NCBI RefSeq assembly: GCF_000143415.4
Contig: NW_003314269.1
Location: 2,239,544-2,303,543, forward strand
DNA: 64,000 nucleotides
From: Selaginella moellendorffii
Lineage: Eukaryota; Plantae; Lycopodiophyta
Direction of reading: 5' to 3'
Below are positions 59,420 through 64,000 of the stretch, one piece after another; the first letter of the stretch is position 1, and each line of letters opens with the position of its first letter. Under the pieces are notes generated by a model. That model had not been told where the DNA came from. It saw only the letters and a list, made by a program, of their open reading frames with translations, and made no database searches. Position numbers and translations under genes: made by a program.

Positions 59420-62400
59420 TGTCGCGCATATGACTTCGGGTATCGAAAGTTACCTGTCGACTAGTCCTTACGGACACTCTTACCTTACTGCCATGATGGC
59501 AGGAGGTCGGTATTGCTGGACCCTTTATCAGTCCCTCTTGTGCTAGTGGAGTTAACTGGGCATTTCGAGTGTACTTAGACCGGATGAGCATAAGGACGGA
59601 ATTCCTACGTATTATTAGCTAAGCATACTTAGCCCGGTAAGGAGTTCCCGTCTCGTTTTGTCTTGCACTTGCTAGTGACAAGAACCCTCGCGTATTGAGA
59701 TTAGTCCCTCAATATCACTACATGATAGCTTACCGTGTCTGCCAAACACCCTCGCTATCATGCCCTTTGTGTTAGTCTCATTTCGGTCCCAAATGCTATT
59801 TGTGGAAAGTGTCCAGATTTGCTCATTTGGCATATCTACGGAATGTAGAGATCGGCCTGAACACAATGGTGTTCGTCCCGTGTCCAAATTCACAATCTAG
59901 GGACATTCCATATTTAGTAAGTTTCAAGCTTGTCCCAGAGACTAACTCCTGATACTAAGGGAGGCTTGGGGTGAAAGCCCAAAGCATGTGTTCCTGAAGG
60001 GGGGGGGGGCTGTGGGGGGTTCTAAATGTATAGTAGGGATAGTGGGTAGGTCGGGCATGGCTGACCAACCTGAGGCATAGTCTAGCTCCCGCTTGCGTGC
60101 CTGTCCTTGTTCTGCGTCCGGCTTGGGTCTAAGCCCAAGTTCCATTCCATGCTAGTTGGTGGAGTACCCATATCCTCGCGTTAGGCCACCGGTATGCCGA
60201 AATAGCGCCAGACTCCGTTTGGCTCCGTTTGGCGTGCTGGTCCTGGCATTGGGATGCTGGTTGCTCCAGGATTGTTCCAAGTCGCTCTAGGCCCCTGTCC
60301 CTTCGCTCTTTGGGCTGTATGCTCGGGAGTTGCTCCGTGGTCCGGCTCCATCACTCCTTGGCTCCACGCTTGGGAGTTTGGCACCGTTCCTTCGTTCAGT
60401 GGCCCAAGGCCCTAAACCTTGAGTTCCTATGGACACGTGGCATGTGACACGTGGCATCTGTCACGTGGCACAAAGAGGGTTTAGGTTCCGCTTCGTGGTG
60501 TTATCCTATGGTAAATCACCATAGGATAAAGGGTCAAAACCACGTGCGCTACATTTGGTATCAGAGGATGAGTCTCAGCGAGTACTATACAATGAGATTG
60601 GGCAACTAGTCTCGTTGCATACGCAGAGATAAAAACGATGATCCGAGTGGGTACACGTTTGGGTGCAAAAGCTTCGCAATTGTTCCTTGGGTATGGATTT
60701 TGGTTACCTTATTGTACCATATTCTGTGAGCTTGAGCTTGCGCTCACAAGAGGGATTGAGTTGTTCCGTTTATACGAGTTTACGCTTGGGCTCGTAAGTG
60801 AGGCACATTAGCAACTCGAGGTTACACTTTGAGTTGGCAGGATTAATGTTAGCCTATCAATGGTTCCATAAGTTGTTCTAGTGGTTCCATGAGTTGTTCC
60901 ATGTACCATGGGTAAAAGCAAACCTTCCCTGAGTTTGTTATGAGTGGCAAATAGGCTGGTCCGTAGCTGTTTAGCACGGCACTAGTGGATCCTTCCTAGG
61001 CATGATTATGAGTGGATCAATTAAGGCTATAGGGATTAGTCTATTGGTTCAAGTAGTCATTGCCGTGCTCTCTCATAAACTTTTCTTGGATTGGACTGAA
61101 GGCAATGTGAAAGCAAGCTTGAGGTTTAGTCAAAGATGAGACCGAAAAGAGAGTCATCGGGGACGAAGGGTCAAACATGTAAATCATCTTCTCTTCTTGG
61201 AGAGATGATTTGCAACGAGGTGTGACTCATTGCTCGTGTTCATATTATGCAATCAAGAGTCCCTACCTTGATGCATGTTGGAGATGATGGTCTTACAAAT
61301 AGTGAGTTGTGGGATGGATAGCAGTGAAGCACTATACCATTTTGTCTAGGCTTGCTATTGGAAGACTTGGGTTGCAATGCTCAATTCTTTTCCGGGGAAC
61401 TTTGTTGTTGCTCCTTGAGTAGCTTGGTGTTGGTTTAGTTTTGAGTTTGGTCGGAAAGAGAGTGGCATGAGCTTATCCATGTTGTGAACAAAAGTTAGTG
61501 GTGTTGGGTGTTATAAGTCTCTATCGGTGGAGTGTGGCATTTATGTTGCATTTTGTCGAATCGAGTTGGCACTTGATAGTCACATAAACCTTTGAAGTAA
61601 TGACATTGGCATTGCTCGTGGTGTTGCTCAATTGATGATCAAGTCATTGTGATACTTATATCATATCTATGTGATAGTGAACAATGTGTTTACGAAGTTG
61701 CTTGGTTAAATGATGATCAACCCCAAAGTGGTTGATAGTGAAGCTAGTCTACTTGCACGAAGTAGCATTGTAGTAGCTTTGACTGGATTCTTGGTGGTGG
61801 TCCATTATGCTAAAGCTTAAGTTGGTACCTTGTTTCCTTGAGTTTGCCCATTAGGTGTTGGGAAAGGGTTATAGCATTTACTTGCTATGGCTTGTTAGTT
61901 TCTCCGTTAACACTTGGAGTAGATTGTTGGATGGAGACGATGTGTAGTTGAGGCATTGACATCGCTAGCACTTGTGTTAGTGGAAGTGGCATTGTTCTTC
62001 AAGTGATGAGGAATTTTCCTTAGAGCTTGATTTTCCATGTCATTTTTCTTATTAGTGTTTTGGCTTCACATTAGATCCTGAAAGTGGTTAAAGAAGAGTG
62101 TTAGTGCAATGTAGATATCCGAAGATGTGGTCTTCGTGATCAAGCCTTGGATGTTTACTTTGCATTTTGAGGATGTCGGTGTTGGATGTTGAAAAATGGG
62201 CAAAAGATGTTCGATGCTTAAGCATGCTATTGGGTCTTGAGAATTTGTGTTGAGGTGAACTTATGTGAAGTTGTTAGTAGGAGGAAGTTGGTTGAGTTTT
62301 GAAATTTTGTATTCCTAGACTGAGAGTCATTCTTTCTCTAGAATGGAAAATTTTCCATAAATTTTCTTAGGCTTTTCCAATAGTTGATCTGTTGATCACT

Positions 62401-64000
62401 TTGTCCGAAAACCTTTCCGTTTCGTAAGCCAGTACAAACTAGTGAAGGGGTTGGAGTTGATTTAGGTTGGCTTAGACCTTAGTAAGTAGTTTGTATGATG
62501 CGGCCTGAAAGGGATGCTGACTTTTGAAGCTAGAGCAATTGAGTTGGATAGAGTCTGGAGTTGATGTAGAAAAGTGGCTGTTGCACTTTTCTAGAAAGGT
62601 GACCCTTGTGCCTTTCTTTTATAGCGTTATGCTTGGTGGCAGGTTGCACCTTGCATTCCGTTAAACTCTATGAGAGTAGTGAGCTCTCACTGATCTTGAC
62701 TTGGTCTTGGTGGCCCTGTGCCTTGGTTGGGGATAGTGATGTCCAACTTAGTTGTTTGAGTTTGAGATGTTGGTACCCATAATATAGCTTTGTCTAAGTG
62801 GAGGTTGTGTACCGATATGAGTCCATCTCATGGTTTTCACTTTAGTTGCGACTGAGTGATGATCATGCATAGCTAGCCTCTTTATGACATGCTTAGAGCT
62901 AGTGGCTAAATGCATTGGTGAGCTTATTGCAATTGAGTTGGATTTGAGTGGTCATTTAGTTCGTGTTTGTCCATGAACCTTTATCTTGTACTGAGATATT
63001 ACGTTTATATTGGACAAGTATATGACTCGATGACATGAGCTTAGTGTTTGGGTCTTATAAAGGCAAGTTGAAGGGTGATTGTTGGTTGCTTTGCAACTAG
63101 TGATTACCTGTAAACTTAGTCGAGGACTGTTGACACTTGCTTCACTCGATGAACATTTAGTAGTGGTGGGCTTGCTTTACCGGATGGTGTTGCGGAGGAT
63201 CGTGTCGTTACATTTACGTGGGTTTTCCATATTGGCATTTTGACTCTACCTCTGTCGATATCATTTGGTTACGTTTGGTTCGTAGTGTTGGATTTCATTG
63301 AGTCATGGATGTGGTGAATCACTCCTTGATGATGTGTTATTTGTAAATGAGTTTTGCTGAAAGATTGGTCTTGGATACTAAGTAAAGTATCTTTGACTTT
63401 GGTTAGCTTGGTTGCTAGGAAGTCTTGAGTGGTGATACACTCATGCTTTCTTCTAGCTTTGTTCTAGTGTTGATGGCATTGAAGTGATGCCTTGTTGTTG
63501 ACATTGTTGATGTTGAGATTCAAGTGAGATGAGATGTCTATCCTTAGGATTGACATTGAGTTTCATTAGTCTTGATGAAGATAGTGTTGATGATTTGGCT
63601 ATAGCTATGTGTTATTGGCATTCATGCATTTACTAGTTAGCGACTCTATTGACGTTCTAACGAACTGAGTGGCAAGTTTGAGTTAGTCATGTTCTAGACG
63701 AGATTATTTAGTAGAGGGTTGAGCCTTGGCTTTTCCTTGAAAAGTGGTTTAGTCATGAACTATACTAGCTTTACGAGATAAAGAGTTGGTGATCGATATT
63801 GAAGTGATTGAATCTTTATTGGATTTGAGTTGGAATATATCGATCATTGATGATTCTTCTTGTGCTTGTTATGAAGTGAGTTACGTCTTGCTATAGATGG
63901 ATTCATGGAGGATCGTTTGGTGATCACTTGTTGAGCATAGCTTTGTTATGCTTAGCTTTTGGATTGATGCAGATATGCTCTTCATTAGCTTTGGCATTGT
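59420..64000 (+). mobile_element. Second, related LTR element (LARD-like, non-coding interior) nested in the 3' LTR of element 1; continues past the window
   Basis: New LTR start TGTCGCGCATATG at 59420; LTR ends GCGCTACA at 60553; perfect PBS TGGTATCAGAG at 60556-60566; no ORF of 60 aa or more in any frame from 60554 to 64000. Confidence 0.75.
60432..60469 (+). promoter_or_regulatory. Three tandem ABRE/G-box elements (CACGTGGC) in the LTR of element 2
   Basis: gACACGTGGCatgtgACACGTGGCatctgtCACGTGGC, plus a fourth CACGTG at 60541-60546. Confidence 0.65.

Noticed and set aside
61091-61102. TTGGACTGAAGG matches the 5' part of miR319; TCTTCCCTGGC at ~3962 matches part of miR408
   Set aside because: Only 11-12 nt match and no precursor hairpin is evident; expected by chance.

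Overview
This is eukaryotic plant nuclear DNA with very short introns (mostly 50-100 nt) and tiny intergenic gaps. Together with PLS-type PPR genes built from runs of 31-aa motifs, this fits a compact lycophyte genome such as Selaginella; the species is an inference. Bases 1-52 kb are gene-dense and contain, in order: PUM24/Puf6-like (5'-partial), HD-Zip II, a UCP012943-like gene, two tandem plastid methyltransferases head-to-head with GET3d/ArsA-like, a PPR gene, COR413, THADA/TRM732 and a secreted PQQ-type beta-propeller. Next come a decayed LINE, a frameshifted bacterial-type (VlmD/HDC-like) PLP decarboxylase, a duplicated Tat-signal micro-protein gene, mitochondrial ACP, OBAP, SNX2 and two overlapping PPR genes. 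A CCR-like reductase and four clan-71 CYP450 copies (two intact) then surround HDR/ispH. From 52.9 kb a chromodomain Ty3/Gypsy element carries four nonsense codons in one gag-pol frame. A related element with an ABRE-bearing LTR and an ORF-free interior appears to be inserted 85 bp into its 3' LTR. Best leads: the CYP/CCR-like/HDR candidate metabolic cluster, the bacterial-type decarboxylase, the Tat micro-protein, the PQQ-type secreted enzyme and the nested LARD-like element.
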